Assembly: GCA_000004695.1 (NCBI GenBank)
Contig: CM000150.2
Coordinates: forward strand, 2,432,001-2,496,000
Direction of reading: 5' to 3'
DNA: 64,000 nucleotides
Origin: Dictyostelium discoideum
Lineage: Eukaryota
The notes beneath the pieces are model-generated. The model was not told where the DNA came from. It worked only from the letters and a program-made list of their open reading frames with translations, and ran no database searches. Shown here in pieces: positions 28,301 through 44,606 of this stretch. Numbering within the stretch: position 1 is the first letter of the stretch; each line of letters opens with the position of its first letter. The position numbers were made by a program, and so were the translations under genes.

Positions 28301-31300
28301 GATGATGCACCAACTAATGGAGGATGATAAATACATGGTAATATAATATCACCATTATTAGTTGAATTATTATTATTATTATTATTATTACTATTATTAA
28401 TGCTACCACTAACAATAATACTACTACTATTTCCACTATCACCACTACCACTACCAACAATATTATTAGCTAATGTTGGTGAAGCTGTTAATGATGGTGT
28501 ATTTACAGTAGAGGTTGCTGTTGTTGTTGTTGTTGTTGTTGTTGTTGCTGGAGTACTTGTTAAACGACCAAAATTTAAAACTCTAAAAGTATGATATAAT
28601 TGGAAATTAACAGACATTGTATTAAATTCATTCATAACATTTTCAAATTGAATTGGATAAGTTATTGGGCCAGGTTGAGTTTGTTCAATCTTTGTTGGAT
28701 CAATACCAATAATAATTTGTTTTGATTCTGATGATGGAATTTCAAATTCAATAACAATTGATTCTTCTTCTTCCTCTTCTTTTTCTTTTTGTTGTTGTTG
28801 TTGTTGTGGTTCTTTTCTATCATTTAAAATTTCATTAACACCATCATCTTTTTCTTTAATTAATTTATTACTACTATTATTATTAATTGATTTTTTAATT
28901 CTTGGTAAAATTATTTTATTTGAAGATGAAGATGGTGAAGTTAAATTTGAATGATTTGGATGATTTAATAAAACTCTAATTGATTTTGAAGGAAGTGATC
29001 TAACACGAATGACTAATGGAATCTCTGAAAGATTTCTAATTTCAATAGTAGTGAAAATTTCTTTCCAAGAATTTTCATAACCAACTCTACCAATATCAAT
29101 TGTATTATTATTAATAATAACACTATTTTGATGAGTATTATTATTTTGATCATTTACAAATAAAATTTCACCCATCATTGACATACAATAACTACCAGTA
29201 ATTGAAACTAATTTTGAAATATGAGTTTTACCTTCACCAGGTGCAATTGGATAATGAGTTGAATCTGATCTTTCGAAAACAAGTGTACCTTGAAATTTGA
29301 CTTTACGACCTTTACATAACATTAACTTTTGTTTTGGTGTTATGATTGTATCAGGTTGTGGTGGTTGTGGATAAGCTATGACTTTTTGTTCACTTGAAAG
29401 TACGAATGGTTTTGCACATAATCTCATTGACTTTCTACGATCACCCATTGATTGAGATTTAATCATTTGTAACTCTTCAATTGTTGGTTCATGAAGGAAG
29501 AGATAAATGTTTATATTTGATTTTGGATAGATACGAATATCATACTTGAGATAATTTCTCATTGTGAATTGTTTTTGTTGATATAATTGATCCGATGCAC
29601 TTAATGAACCTTGATCGATCAAGTATTGTTGTGGTGTTATAACGAATGATAATAACTTTCTATCACCGGCAGCAATCTTTTCATTCCAAGATATTGGACT
29701 AACATAGATATCGTCGAATCTTAACATATCACCGCCACCATTCATATTGATTGGTAAATTTGTAGTTAATGAAGAATCGTCAACCAATAAACGTATATTG
29801 ATTTCAAGTTTTTGACCTGAACAACTTAGATTGGTAATGATAATTCTCTCTTCATATAAACCATAAATTGAAGCTACCAAAGAGAAATGAATCTTTTCCT
29901 TTGAGAGTGGATGACTAACTTCACTACCCTCCAATGAACCTTCCAATTTCGAAGATAATTTCAAATTCTTACTATGAGTGATTTGATAATTCAATGGTAA
30001 CAAAGTTGAAACATTTGAGATTGTAAATGATGATGAAATGGTTTCACCCAATTGTCTAGTTGATCCTAAATCAATCATATTCTTTGCAACTCTTAAAATA
30101 CTCTTACCAACAATCGATGTGAATTTTATAGTATTCTCATAGAGTAAATTATGATCTTGATCATGTACTTTGATTCTAATACCACCAATTAATTCTCTAC
30201 AATGACCATCTACATAATTTTCACTGGTCATACTTGGTCTTAAACAAATTTGAACCACTGATTTTTCATAACCACTCAAGAATAAATTATCGGCTGGCTT
30301 TGATAATCTATCATCAACAAATACAAATACCTGTTGAGTTAAATTTGATTTCATAGAGATATACAATGATTTACCCGATAAATTATCCAATCTAAATGGT
30401 AACACCTTTGAGAATTTCTGTGATTTATCATAATAACAATTTCCAAAATCTAAAATTTGTGTTGATGGTAAATCTGGGAATACTAAATATTGTGGTGGTC
30501 TTGGACTTAATGCAACCAATAATAAACTTTCAAAATGATATTGTGTTGATGTAACTACAATCGTATGAGTTTGTTTACCTGGTATTTGTGGTTGACAAAT
30601 TACTTCAATTAATCTTTTACCATATGGTTCAATTATACCTGATTTCTCTTTTAATATTAAAACATTTTTACTTGAATTATTATTTGAATTTGTTGTTGTT
30701 GTTGATGTTGATGATGTTGTTGTTGATGTTGTTGATGTTGATGATGATGTTGATGATGGTTTTGGTGGTTGTTTTACATTAATATCAAATGGAACTTTAT
30801 GACCAGTATGGTTTGTAATTGTAAATCTAAATGTAATATCTTCATAAATTCTAACTTCACCTAAATCAATTTTACCTGGTGAAATTGTAAGAGCTGTTGA
30901 ATTTGTAGTTGTTGAGGAAGATGAAGAAGAAGAAGTTGCTTTTGAAGCTGTTGGTTTAAAAATTGAAGTTGTACTTGATAAAATATTATTTGAGAAACTT
31001 GGTGAAGATGGTGGAGGTGGTGATGAAGGTATAACTCTTGAACTACCACTACCAAATGGAATTGGTGATGATGATGTAAAATGTTGTGGTTTAAATGGTG
31101 AGAATGAAGGTAATTGATTATCAGGTACAGTATTTGCACTATTGATTGCATTTGATGAAAGATAATTTTGACGATAAGTTTCTTCATCGAAACAAACTGT
31201 TGAAATATAATTAATCTTTTTAGTGACATCAATATTCTTTGATTCATAAATTAATATTGAACCATTACCATCCTCTTTACCATACCATTGTTTTTTAGTA

Positions 31301-34300
31301 CCTGGTTTTGGTACTGGTGAGAAATAAACCAAAACATTTTGAATACCACCACCTTCAACTTCAAATGTAATTGAATTATCACCAATTTTACAAAATTGTT
31401 TCTTTTCTAATTGTTGTTGAACTGGTGGCGTTGTTGTTGCTGTTGTTGTTGTTGTTATAGCTTGTTGTTGTTGTTGCTGTTGTTGTTGTTGTTGTTGTTG
31501 TTGCTCAACAATTAAAGCTTTTTCAATATTTGATTCATTATTTTCATTATCATCAATTGGTGTTGGTGAAGTTGCTCTAGAGATTGGGTTTGGTGTGATT
31601 GAACCTGAATTTCTTAATTTTTCGATTTGCATATTAATTTTTAAAGCTTTTTCATGTTGACCTTTTCTACGACAAATTTTTAATTTTCTTTCTAAAAGAT
31701 CAATTTCCATTTCAGTTTCTTTAGAGATACTAAAAGCAGATTTCTCTTCAAGTTTAAAGTATAATTTGTTTAAACAAGATTCAAAAGAGGAAGGATTATC
31801 ATCAATGATTTTAAAGATACGACGTTGATTACTAGTGTTTGTGAGTGTGATACGTTTTGTGATTGATTTACCTTTGATCATGACTACACCGAAATCTATA
31901 TCCAAAGTATTGAGAAAGAAATGTCTTGGTTTCTTTACGTTTGCTTTAATATGAACTATTTGATTATTACATTGATCATAAACATTCTCAATGATTAATT
32001 TCTCATCAAATATACCAGAAAAGGTTGGTTTGAATACGAATTGAACCTCTCTCTTTCTGTAGGGTCTAACGATACCCATACGATCTGCATTTTCAATATT
32101 TAAATTACCACTAGTGATTGAACCGGATTTCTTAATTCTATAGATCAATGGTACTTGTGAAAGATTATTGATAACCAATGATTTCGTACGATAATCATAT
32201 TGAATGATATTACCGAAATTGATATATCTTTGAGCTAAATCCATAATGGATCCACAAACTTTAGTTGATACCATCAATTCTCTAATTGGTGAATCATTGA
32301 TCTTTATACCATTCAATGACTCTAATGAAATGAATAATTTAGCTTCCATATTCTTTAGTTTACCACCTAACCAAGGTCTTTTCGTTCCACTAACCTTTGA
32401 TACAATAAATATTGTTACCTCTGATTGTTGTTCAATCTCTAATCTATCCAATTTCTTTAATTGACCAGATTGAATAATAGTTTCCAATTTCTTTAATCTA
32501 TTAATTTGTGATGTAATATATGAATTTTCACTCTCTAAATCTGTAAATAATGGTGGATTATTATCATATTCAAATGTTTGGATAAATTGAATTAATCCTG
32601 ATGATGTTAAAAGATTTGATAAATCAACTTGTTGTTGTTGTTGTTGAATTTGTTGAGATTGTTGTAATTGTGATGATTGTTGTAATTGTAATGATTGTTG
32701 TTGTTGTTGTTGCTGTTTGTCATCTTGTAAATTTGAATCATCATCTTTATTTGTTAAAACATTATTTGAAGTATTTATAAATGGTATATTAGTTGCACTA
32801 TGACTTGATAAAGAACCTGGTCCAAAACTACCAATATTATTATTACTATTATTTAAAATAATATTATTATTATTATTATTATCTTTACTATCTTTACTAT
32901 CTTTACTATTTGAAGAATCAAATGAAGGTGAAGAAGCTCTTGAATTAGTTCTTGAATTTGGATTACTTTGGTCATGACTTGATTGTAATTTTTTCTTTCT
33001 TTCTTGTGCTTGTTGTTGTAATTGTTGTTTATCTTTTGAATCTTGTGATTGTTGTTGTGGTGATTGTTGTTGTGGTGATTGTTGCTTTGGTACTTGTGAC
33101 GATGATGATGATTGTTGTTGTTGTTGTTGTTGCTCTTTATTATCTTTATCTTTTTCTTTTTCTTTTGAAGATTTTGGATTTAATGCTAAATCTAAATATT
33201 GACTATTACCAACTTTATTTGAACCACCAACTACATTTGAATTATCTTTATTTTCATCAAAGAATTTTGAGAGATATTCTTGAAGATTTTGTTTTGTAGT
33301 TGAATTTGCTAATGATTGATTTTGTGATACCAATAATGAGAGTTCTCTCTCCTCTGTATATAATTTAATTTCATCTGGTAAAGAGGTAGAAAGATTTAGA
33401 ACCAATGTACCTTTACTAACATTTTTTATACTAAACGTACGAACGGATGGACAATTTACAATGGTTTCATCGAAATCGATATAACTCTTATTGTATGAAG
33501 TTTCTAGATGATAAAATTTAGAATGAACAGAAACTGAATGTTCATCGATATTATTTGCACGTACCTCTAGGAACTGTTGTTGATCATCCATTATTGGATT
33601 CTTTAAATTGATAAAAGTGATTTGTTTACGATAGTCTGGATTATTTTTACGTGGTAAAAACTCCATTTGTAAATCGTAGGTTTGTTTAGGTGCAATTGAG
33701 AATGTTTGATTCTTGAATGATACAACCTTTGATTGATATCTCAATTGAAGATGAGCTGTTAAATCTGAAAGATTAACCAATTGTATAGTGTATCCTTTGA
33801 TGCTACCGACTGTGCAATCACCCAAATTAATCTCTGATGGTATCTTTACAACCGATGTACAAACTCTACTCGATACACGTATGGTTTTATTCTTTTGTTG
33901 TTGTGTCGATAGCTTACCTCCCAATAATGATTTACCATACTTTAAAAGGATTCTAAAGTTTTTATCATTCAATCTTTGTGATCTTGGATCACTAATTGGG
34001 AATAATGATTTCGGACAATATCTAACACTAATCACTCTTTCTGAACCTGGATTAAGTGTTAACTCTTCAATTCTTTCTTTACCATTTTTAACACCATGAT
34101 TTTGATTTCCTCCGCCTCCCTTTTGATTTGTATTACGTTGGTGATGGTGGTGGTGGTGACCACTACCATGACTTCCAATTGATAATTGACCATTATTAAT
34201 TTTAATTAAATCATCATGACTATCAGATGATCTATGTTCACCAATGGATAACTTTGATTGATTTCCATCTAAATCCTTTTCAGTATCCTCTTCATGAAAA

Positions 34301-35773
34301 TGAAAAGTTACTTCATCATCATCATTATTATTATTATTATTACCACCTCTACTACCACTACTAATTGATAAATCACTACTAAAATTAATATCAATTGATT
34401 CTTCTGATATATTCTTTATTGTAAATGTTTGAAAAGTTGCAACATCTGTATAACAATCTCCTAAATCTAAATTATTAGTTGAAACTTGTAATAATTCCTA
34501 TAAAAATAAAATAAAATAAAAAAAATTATTAATAATAAAATTAAGAATTAAATATGTATATATATATATATATATTAAAAGTATTATTTACAATTTGTTG
34601 TTCAGCAGAAACAAAAGAATGAATCATAACAATTTCATAACTATTTGAATCATTCTTATTCTCCAATTTAAATTTATAAGTGAATTGACCAATATTTGTT
34701 GGTTGATAAGTAACTCTAATTGTCATTGATGAATAACTTTGAACAATACTATTATCTCTTGATAATGGTAAACCAGTTGCATAATCTGTGAATTGAAAAT
34801 AGTTTCCAAATTTCTCTTTATAATAAGTTGAGAATCTTAATGGCATTTCACATTTATTCCAAAGTGTTATATCTTTAACATAGGTTTGACCAACTATACA
34901 ATCATCAAAAATTAATTCATTAACATCTAACTTTAATAATGATTTACAAATTCTAATTTGTAAATCAACAATTAATTCCTTTTGTTGTGGTAATATAATC
35001 AATTCATTATTATCACTAGATTGTTGTGATGATGATGATGATGGTAATAATGGCTCAGCATTAAAATAAATTTTACCTTTAACTTCAAAATAATTATATC
35101 TATCATTCTTTTTATCACCATCTTTTTTTATAATTTCATCTTTATCATTTAATTCTTTATTCTCGTCATTACTTTCTTTTGTTGTATCATTATTATTACT
35201 ATTATTATTATTATTATTATTATCTGTATTACTTTCATTATTTATATTTTCAATTAAATCTATATTTGGTGTTGAACTATCTGTATTATTACCATTATTA
35301 TCTATATTTGATTGGTCATCTTGTATTAATTGTTGTTGTTGTTTTGGTGGTTGTGATAATTGTTGATCAAATGGACGATATGAAATAACTATATTTTTAA
35401 TTTCTTTTGGTGCCAAATTGACTTGATCAATTAAATTCACTTCATTGAATAATTGATTGAAATCATCATCTTGTATTGGTGTTTCATCTGAATCATCTTG
35501 CATATTCTCATTGTTTAATTGGAATGCAACTTGTGGTAAATCTGATTTCAATTTGACTTGTACTGGATAATCAACTGTATTTATTAATTTGAAATTACGA
35601 AGTACATATGTCTCTTTAAGTACAACTTCATTCAATTCTAACTTCGATCCATTTAAACTTGTCTTTATAATTGGTAATATAATATTGTTACTAGTAGCGG
35701 TAGTAGTTGTTGTATTATTGTTGTTGTTTGTAGTAATATTACCACCACTAGTAATATTATTATTATTATCCAT
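24628..35773 (-). CDS. Giant (~3,680 aa) protein built from many ASH/MSP-like (PapD-like, Ig-fold) beta-sandwich domains separated by Q/N/S/T low-complexity linkers. Two exons, about 34592..35773 and 24628..34497.
   Basis: ATG at 35773. The exon 1 ORF (34541..35773) ends ...VSAEQQI at a GTAAAT donor. A TTTTATAG acceptor at about 34498 joins in phase to ELLQVSTNNLDLGDCYTDVATFQTFTIKNISEESIDINF..., which continues into the 3,135 aa track ORF. Repeated segments follow the pattern [LI]xFGxVxVGxxxxxxxx[LI]xNxSxxP/LxF/L (for example LIFDDCIVGQTYVKDITLWNKCEMPLRF, LDFGNCYYDKSQKFSKVLPFRLDNLSGKSLYI, IDLGEVRIYEDITFRFTITNHTGHKVPFDI, IDFGVVMIKGKSITKRITLTNTSNQRRIFKI), as in ASH domains. Confidence 0.7.
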
Positions 35774-35957
35774 TTATAATTTCGATTAAATTAAATAATT
35801 TTAATATACATAAATTAAAAAAACAGGTTTATTGACAATACAAATAAAAATAAATAAAAAAAAAAATATATAATATAATATAATATAAAAAAAAGTATAA
35901 AAAAAAAAATTTAAAAAATTTAAAAAAATGAAAAATGGGAAAAATTGTTTTTTTTTT

Positions 35958-35991
<34 letters not shown>

Positions 35992-36311
35992 CAATTTATA
36001 ATATTACATATATAAAAATAATATTCATACTCATTGCTGGGTTTTATAAAAAAATAAAAATAAAATAATAAAAAAAAATGAAAATAAAATAATTTTTAAA
36101 GTTTTATTATTGATTATGGAAATTTAATTATAAAGATATTTTTTTATTCAATTTATTTTTTAAATTTTTAATTTTTATTATTTATTTGTTTTTTAAATTT
36201 TTTGGAACATCAATGAAATCCAAAAATAAAAAATGTATTACATAATAAAATAAATAAATAAAATAAAAATAAAAAAAAAAAAAAAGTACGGTTTAACGAG
36301 TCCGTTTGTTC

Positions 36312-36351
<40 letters not shown>

Positions 36352-36481
36352 ATTTTTTTAAATTTTTTTTTTTTTTTTAAAAAAAATTTGCTCACGCTTT
36401 TTTTTTTTTTTTTTTTTATTTATTTATTTTTTTTTTTTCGTTTTTTACCTCTTTCACAAATACATAATCTCTTTTTTGAAA

Positions 36482-36720
36482 ATGTCCGAAAGTAAGTTAC
36501 ATTATATTTTTAAGTAATACAATATAAAAAAAAAAAAATTAAAAAATAATAAAATTAAAAATAATGTAACTTGTCTAATTTTTTTTTTTTTTTTTCCCAC
36601 TCTTTTTTTTTTTTTTTATTTAAAGATAACGAAATTGAAATGGAACTCCCATTTGACTCATCTGCAATTACTTCAACAGAAGTTTTAGACAGAGTTAATG
36701 CTTTACTCACTCTCCAAGTA

Positions 36721-36770
<50 letters not shown>

Positions 36771-37686
36771 CTAAAAAAAATAATAAATATTAACATTTAT
36801 ATATATATTTTATTTAAAATAGGATACACAAAATGAATTAACGGAACAAATGGAAAAAGAAATTTTAGAAATTGAAAAGAAATATTTAAAAAAATTCCAA
36901 CCACTCGCAGAAAAGAGATTTGAAATTGTATCAGGTAAAGTTGAACCAACCAAAGAAGATCAACAATGTAAAGCACCAATTCAAGTTGAAAACCTTAAAT
37001 CTGTTCCAACCGATAAAGGTATTCCAAAGTTCTGGTTACATGTCTTACAAAACACCGAAGTCAAAGATATCATTGAAGAATGTGATATTGAAGCTTTAGA
37101 GTATTTAGTTGATATTAAAATCGTTCAAGTCGGTGACGCACAAGACTACTCATTAGATTTCCACTTTAGTGAAAATCCATTCTTCACCAACACTGTCATC
37201 TCCAAAACCGTCAAACTCGAAGAAGATAACGAATTAAATGAAATCGTCTCAACCCCAATCAATTGGAAAGATGGTAAAAACTTTACCGTTCAATCAAAGA
37301 AGAAAACTGTTAAATCAAAACCAACCAAAGGTAAAGCTGCCACCACCACCTCTACCACCGTTCAAGAGGTCGTCCCATGTTTCTTTAGCACCTTTGTCTC
37401 ACCAAACCAAGATCCAACCAGTGATGAAGAAGCTGATGAAATCATGTACATCCAATACCAAATTATCGCCAAATTAAAGGATATCGTTATCCCAGAAGCC
37501 GTTAACTTCTTTTTAGGTCGTGCTTCAGATGCCGAAGAAAACGATTATGACTTTGGTGAAGATTTCGAAGATGAAGAAGGTGAAGATGATGATGAAGAAG
37601 ATGATGAAGAAGAACAAACCATTAAAAAACCATCAGGTAAAGGTAAAGCTCAACCACAACAACCACAAGATTGTAAACAACAATAA
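36482..37686 (+). CDS. nap1: Nucleosome assembly protein 1 (NAP1) family histone chaperone. Three exons, about 36482..36491, 36626..36717 and 36823..37686.
   Basis: ATGTCCGAAA|GTAAGT, then ...TTTAAAG|ATAACGAA..CTCCAA|GTAAGT, then ...AAAATAG|GATACACAA. Joined protein: MSENNEIEMELPFDSSAITSTEVLDRVNALLTLQDTQNELTEQMEKEILEIEKKYLKKFQPLAEKRFEIVSGKVEP...GIPKFWLHVLQNTEVKDIIEECDIEALEYLVDIKIVQ...SLDFHFSENPFFTNTVISKTV...VPCFFSTFVSP...IPEAVNFFLG, with an acidic tail. This is a canonical NAP domain. Confidence 0.85.
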
Positions 37687-38066
37687 ATTTAATGGTTGAA
37701 AAAAAAAAAAGAAAAAAAAATATGTTATACTTTTATCATTGAAAAAAAAAAAAAAAAACCTTTTAAAAAAAAAATAAAAAAAAAAAAAATTATTAAAAAA
37801 AAAAAAAGACAAATAATATTAATTAAAAATTTATTTATTTATATATTTATTGATCTCTTAAAATCCAAATTCTATTTTTAATTCCATTGAAATTATCCTG
37901 AAATTTATCTTTTTTTTCATTTTTTTTTTTTATATTTTATTTTTTATTTTTTTTTTATAATTTTTTTTTTTAAAAAACTCAATTTCAATTTTTTTTTTAA
38001 TTTTCATTTTTTTTTTTTTTTTTTTTGCAGGTAACCACCTTTTTAAAATAATAAAATAACCAAAAC

Positions 38067-38623
38067 ATGGAACAATTAAAAGAAGGAAATTCTTATTTTG
38101 TAGATGAACAATATGATGAAGCATTGAAATGTTATGATAAAGCTTGTTTAGAATTATCAAATAATGCAGAGGCATTCTTTAAAAGATCTCAATGTCATTC
38201 AAAATTATCAAATTTAAAAGAGGCTTTATCTGACATTAATACTTCAATTAAATTAGATTCAAATAATTCAAAATATTATCTCAAAAAAGGGTAAGTATTT
38301 TTTTTTTTTTTTTTTTTTTTCTCTCTTCAACCAATTTAATTAATTAATTTCTTTCTTAATAAAAAATATAGTCAACTTTGTTTTGAATTAGAGGAATTTG
38401 ATACAGCATTAAAAACATTTGAAAAAGGTCAATCAATTGATTCAGAAAATTCTTCATTTAAAACTTGGATTAGAAAATCTAAAGCAGAAATTCAATCAAA
38501 CCCAACAACTACAACTACAACCACACCAACTCCAACACCAACACCAACCCCAGCACCACAACCAGTTACAACAACAACAAATCCAACACCAATTCCAACT
38601 ACCTCAAATACTACTACTACTAC

Positions 38624-38680
<57 letters not shown>

Positions 38681-39311
38681 AACAACAGATTCTACAACTA
38701 CAAAATTACCAATACCATCATCAGGTAATAAAGTTAGACATGAATGGTATCAAACTGAAACACATGTTGTATTAACAATTTTTGCAAAATTTGTAACAGC
38801 ATCAAATTCAAAGATTAATCTCACCTCAAAATCTGTAAATATATCATTCCCATTAGCAAATGGTAGTGAATTCTTATTTGAAATGGATTTATTCGACCCA
38901 ATTGTTGATAAGGATAGTACAATTCATTATTATTCAACAAAAGTTGAAATTAAAATGAAGAAATCAAGAGCAATCAAATGGGATACCCTTGAATTCACAG
39001 ATAAATCAGGTCCAGTGGGTTTAATGGATCAAATTAGTTCCTCTCCAGCCGTACCATCACCATACGCCTCTAAAAAGGATTGGGATAAACTTCCAAATGA
39101 ACCAGAGGAGAAATTAGAGGGTGATCAAGCATTAAATAAAATTTTTAGAGATATCTTTTCCAAAGGTTCAGAAGATCAACAAAGAGCAATGATGAAATCT
39201 TTCACAGAATCTGGTGGTACTGTTTTATCAACAAATTGGGATGAAGTTGGTTCTAAAAAGGTTGTTGGTGAACCACCAAAAGGACTCGAATTTAAACAAT
39301 ATGAAAAATAA
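38067..39311 (+). CDS. sgt1: SGT1 homolog (TPR + CS + SGS domains). Two exons, about 38067..38290 and 38372..39311.
   Basis: Exon 1 carries TPRs (MEQLKEGNSYFVDEQYDEALKCYDKACLELSNNAEAFFKRSQCHSKLSNLKEALSDINTSIKLDSNNSKYYLKKG), with a GG|GTAAGT donor. A TATAG acceptor leads to QLCFELEEFDTALKTFEKGQSIDSENSSFKTWIRKSKAEI, then a T/P/N-rich linker. CS domain: VRHEWYQTETHVVLTIFAKFV...EFLFEMDLFDPIVDKDSTIHYYSTKVEIKMKK. SGS domain: KDWDKLPNEPEEKLEGDQALNKIFRDIFSKGSEDQQRAMMKSFTESGGTVLSTNWDEVGSKKVVGEPPKGLEFKQYEK. The frame was checked base by base through the (AAT)n tract. Confidence 0.85.
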
Positions 39312-39376
39312 AATAACCTAGGAATAAATAAATAGAATTAGACGATGATAATTTTAGTTTAATTATGTAAAAATAG

Positions 39377-39411
<35 letters not shown>

Positions 39412-39480
39412 AAAAGTTTTGTAGGGTCTTTTTTTTTTTTTTTTTTTTTGTCTTTCATTTGTTTTTTTTATTTTTATATT

Positions 39481-42033
<2,553 letters not shown>

Positions 42034-42746
42034 ATTGTGTGTGTGATCACTTTTTTTTTAATTGATTTTATAAATATGTGTTATCTTTTATTATATGTAA
42101 CTCTTCATTTTTTCAATAAAAAAAAAAAAAATTAAAAAAAAAAATATTAATGTGTCGTGTGTGTTTTTTTTTTTTATTTTTTTTATTTTTTTTTATTTTT
42201 ATTTTTTTTTTTTTGTAAAAAAAAAAAGAATGGAAAGTTTTTACTGGTTTTAATAATTTTGTAAAATAAAAATAAATAAATATTATCTTAATCCAACTAT
42301 TTTTTTTTTTTTTTTTTTACCAATATATTAAAATAAAAGATAGTCTTTAATTAAAATTTTTTTTCACTAAAAAAGAATTAAAGATATTTAAAAGAAATTG
42401 AAAAAAAATATTAATAAAATAAAAAAAAATTATAAAATCTGAAATCTATTTTTTTTTTTTGTGTGGGATTTTTTGTTCAATGTAGATATGACATTATAAT
42501 AATTTAATTTATTTTTGCCTATCTACAAAACCCATTTTTTTTTTTTTCAAAACATTTCAAATAAAATCCACTAATTTTAATTTTTTTTCTTCCAGATATT
42601 TTCATTCATTTTAGTTTTTTAACTGATTTTAAATTTTTATGAAATTTTTTTTTTTATTTTGTTTTTTTATTTTATTTTTTCCTCATTTTTTTTTATTTTA
42701 TTTTTCTGCAGGGAACCAATCATAAATAAATAGTTTTTTTAAAAAA

Positions 42747-44080
42747 ATGGAAAGAGTTAATGAACCCCTTTTAGGAGGTGATTCAAGAACAAGAAATAAC
42801 CCAATTTTAAATAGTGTAATGTTGGGTTGTGCAATGTTTTTTATATTATTTTTCAATATTGTAAATATTAATAAATAAATCTTGAAAAAAAAAAAAAAAA
42901 AAAAAAGTGATCAAAACAATTTTTAACTAATTTTTTTTAAAAAAAAAAAAAAAAATTTGAAAAAGGCAACACCAAATACATTATCATCAGATGTTGAAGG
43001 AATTTTCATTTATTTAGTATATATTGCTGCAATTTTAGGAGCACCATTAATAATTACAAGAATTCGTGAAAAATTATCAATGTTAATATCAATTATTATA
43101 TTCTTTATAACATTCCTTATTTTTATATATGCATCATCAGCTGATCTTGTTTCAGTAATCTTATCACCATTTGCATTAGAATTATTATGGATTTCAGTTG
43201 GTTCTTTTATTTTTTATATCTCTGATAAATCAAATATTGGTTTAAACTTTGGTATAGTAAGTTTGGAAAATACATTATATAATAATTATTAATGATTTAT
43301 TAATTTTTTTTTTTTTTTAAAAAAAAATAGTTTTTTTCAGTTTATGAACTTTTACAAGGATTATTCTTTTTAACATTAAATGATGTTCAAATTAATAATA
43401 GTACAGGATTTATAATAATGTTTATAATATTTTTTATTGTTGGAATATTATTAATATTATTCTTAGGTAATCCAAGTAGAATTAGAGGTGATGGTTTGGG
43501 CTCTGATTTAGTTGAAGAATTGATTTCACCATTTAAAGTAATGTTTGATTTAAAATTCCTATTTATAATTCCATCAATTATTTTCATTGGTTTTTCAAGT
43601 GAATTTGGTATTACTGGAGTTGCAAATGTTAATCAATACGTTTACTTTGGCACAAATCTTGTTGTTAGTTCATTGACACCAGTGATTGTCGGTTTCCTAT
43701 TTGACAGATTAAAGAAAATGTTTGTAGTGATCATATTACTAATTATGGGAATTTTAGCGATTATTACATCACATATATTCGTTTATGATAGTGATGAAGA
43801 TCAAAATCACACTAGTTACTATTATGTGGCCGCTGTAACTTATACGATCCTAAAATGTGGTTTAACAGTATTCGTTTATGCATTAGTTGGTTATTTATAT
43901 CAAAAGAAACCATTACCTTCAAATGCTGCAATTCAATTTATATTTGTAACTGGTTTAGTTTTAGCTTTTATCTTTTCTTATTTCATTTCAAATTTCTATG
44001 TAGGATTTTATGTTTTAACAGCATTATTAGTTATTGCTTGTATTTTATTATTATATTTAACTAAAAAACATGACTTATAA
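42747..44080 (+). CDS. Polytopic membrane protein, UNC93-like/MFSD11-like major-facilitator-type. Three exons, about 42747..42860, 42966..43256 and 43331..44080.
   Basis: Exon 1: MERVNEPLLGGDSRTRNNPILNSVMLGCAMFFILFFNI, then |GTAAAT. Exon 2 (track ORF 42957..43292 frame): ATPNTLSSDVEGIFIYLVYIAAILGAPLIITRIREKLSMLISIIIFFITFLIFIYASSADL...LNFGI, then |GTAAGT. Exon 3 (frame of track ORF 43418..44080): FFSVYELLQGLFFLTLNDVQINNSTGFIIMFIIFFIVGILLILFLGNPSRIRG...LLVIACILLLYLTKKHDL. There are about 10-12 hydrophobic helices. The N-terminal PILNSVMLGCAMFFILF resembles the UNC93/MFSD11 start. Confidence 0.5.
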
Positions 44081-44435
44081 AGTTAAAAAAAAAAAAACCA
44101 AAAAACTAAAAATAGATTTTTTTTTTTTTTTTTTTTTTTTAATTACTGATTGTATTTAAAAAAAAAAAAAAATAAAAAAAAAACTAAAAAAGAAAAATAA
44201 ATAAAAATAAAATATAATAATCTAGATTTTTAAAATAATCCAAACATTATATTATTTAAAAAAAAAAAAATTTTTAGAATTTAAAATAAAAAAAAGATAT
44301 ATAAAAAAGTGATTGATTTTCTTTTTTTTTTTTTTTTTTTTTTTTTTATTATATTGATTTATTTTATTTCATTTTTTAATTTTTTTTTTTTTTTTTTTTT
44401 TTTGATATAGAACTTTGTTTTTTTATTTCTTTTTT

Positions 44436-44466
<31 letters not shown>

Positions 44467-44606
44467 TTTCTTCTTTTTTATATTTGAATTTTGTATTTGT
44501 GTTTTTATACTTTTTTTCTTTTCTTTTCTTTTTTTTTTTTTTTAAATTGGATAATATTAAAAAAAAAAAAAAAAAAGTGTAAAATTATAATAGTATTTTT
44601 TTTTTT

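Noticed and set aside
38419-38775. 118 aa plus ORF (MKKVNQLIQ...QLQLQPHQ...)
   Set aside because: It is a TTG-initiated, off-frame reading through the Thr/Pro/Asn linker of SGT1. The in-frame SGT1 exon 2 (38372..39311) explains this sequence.
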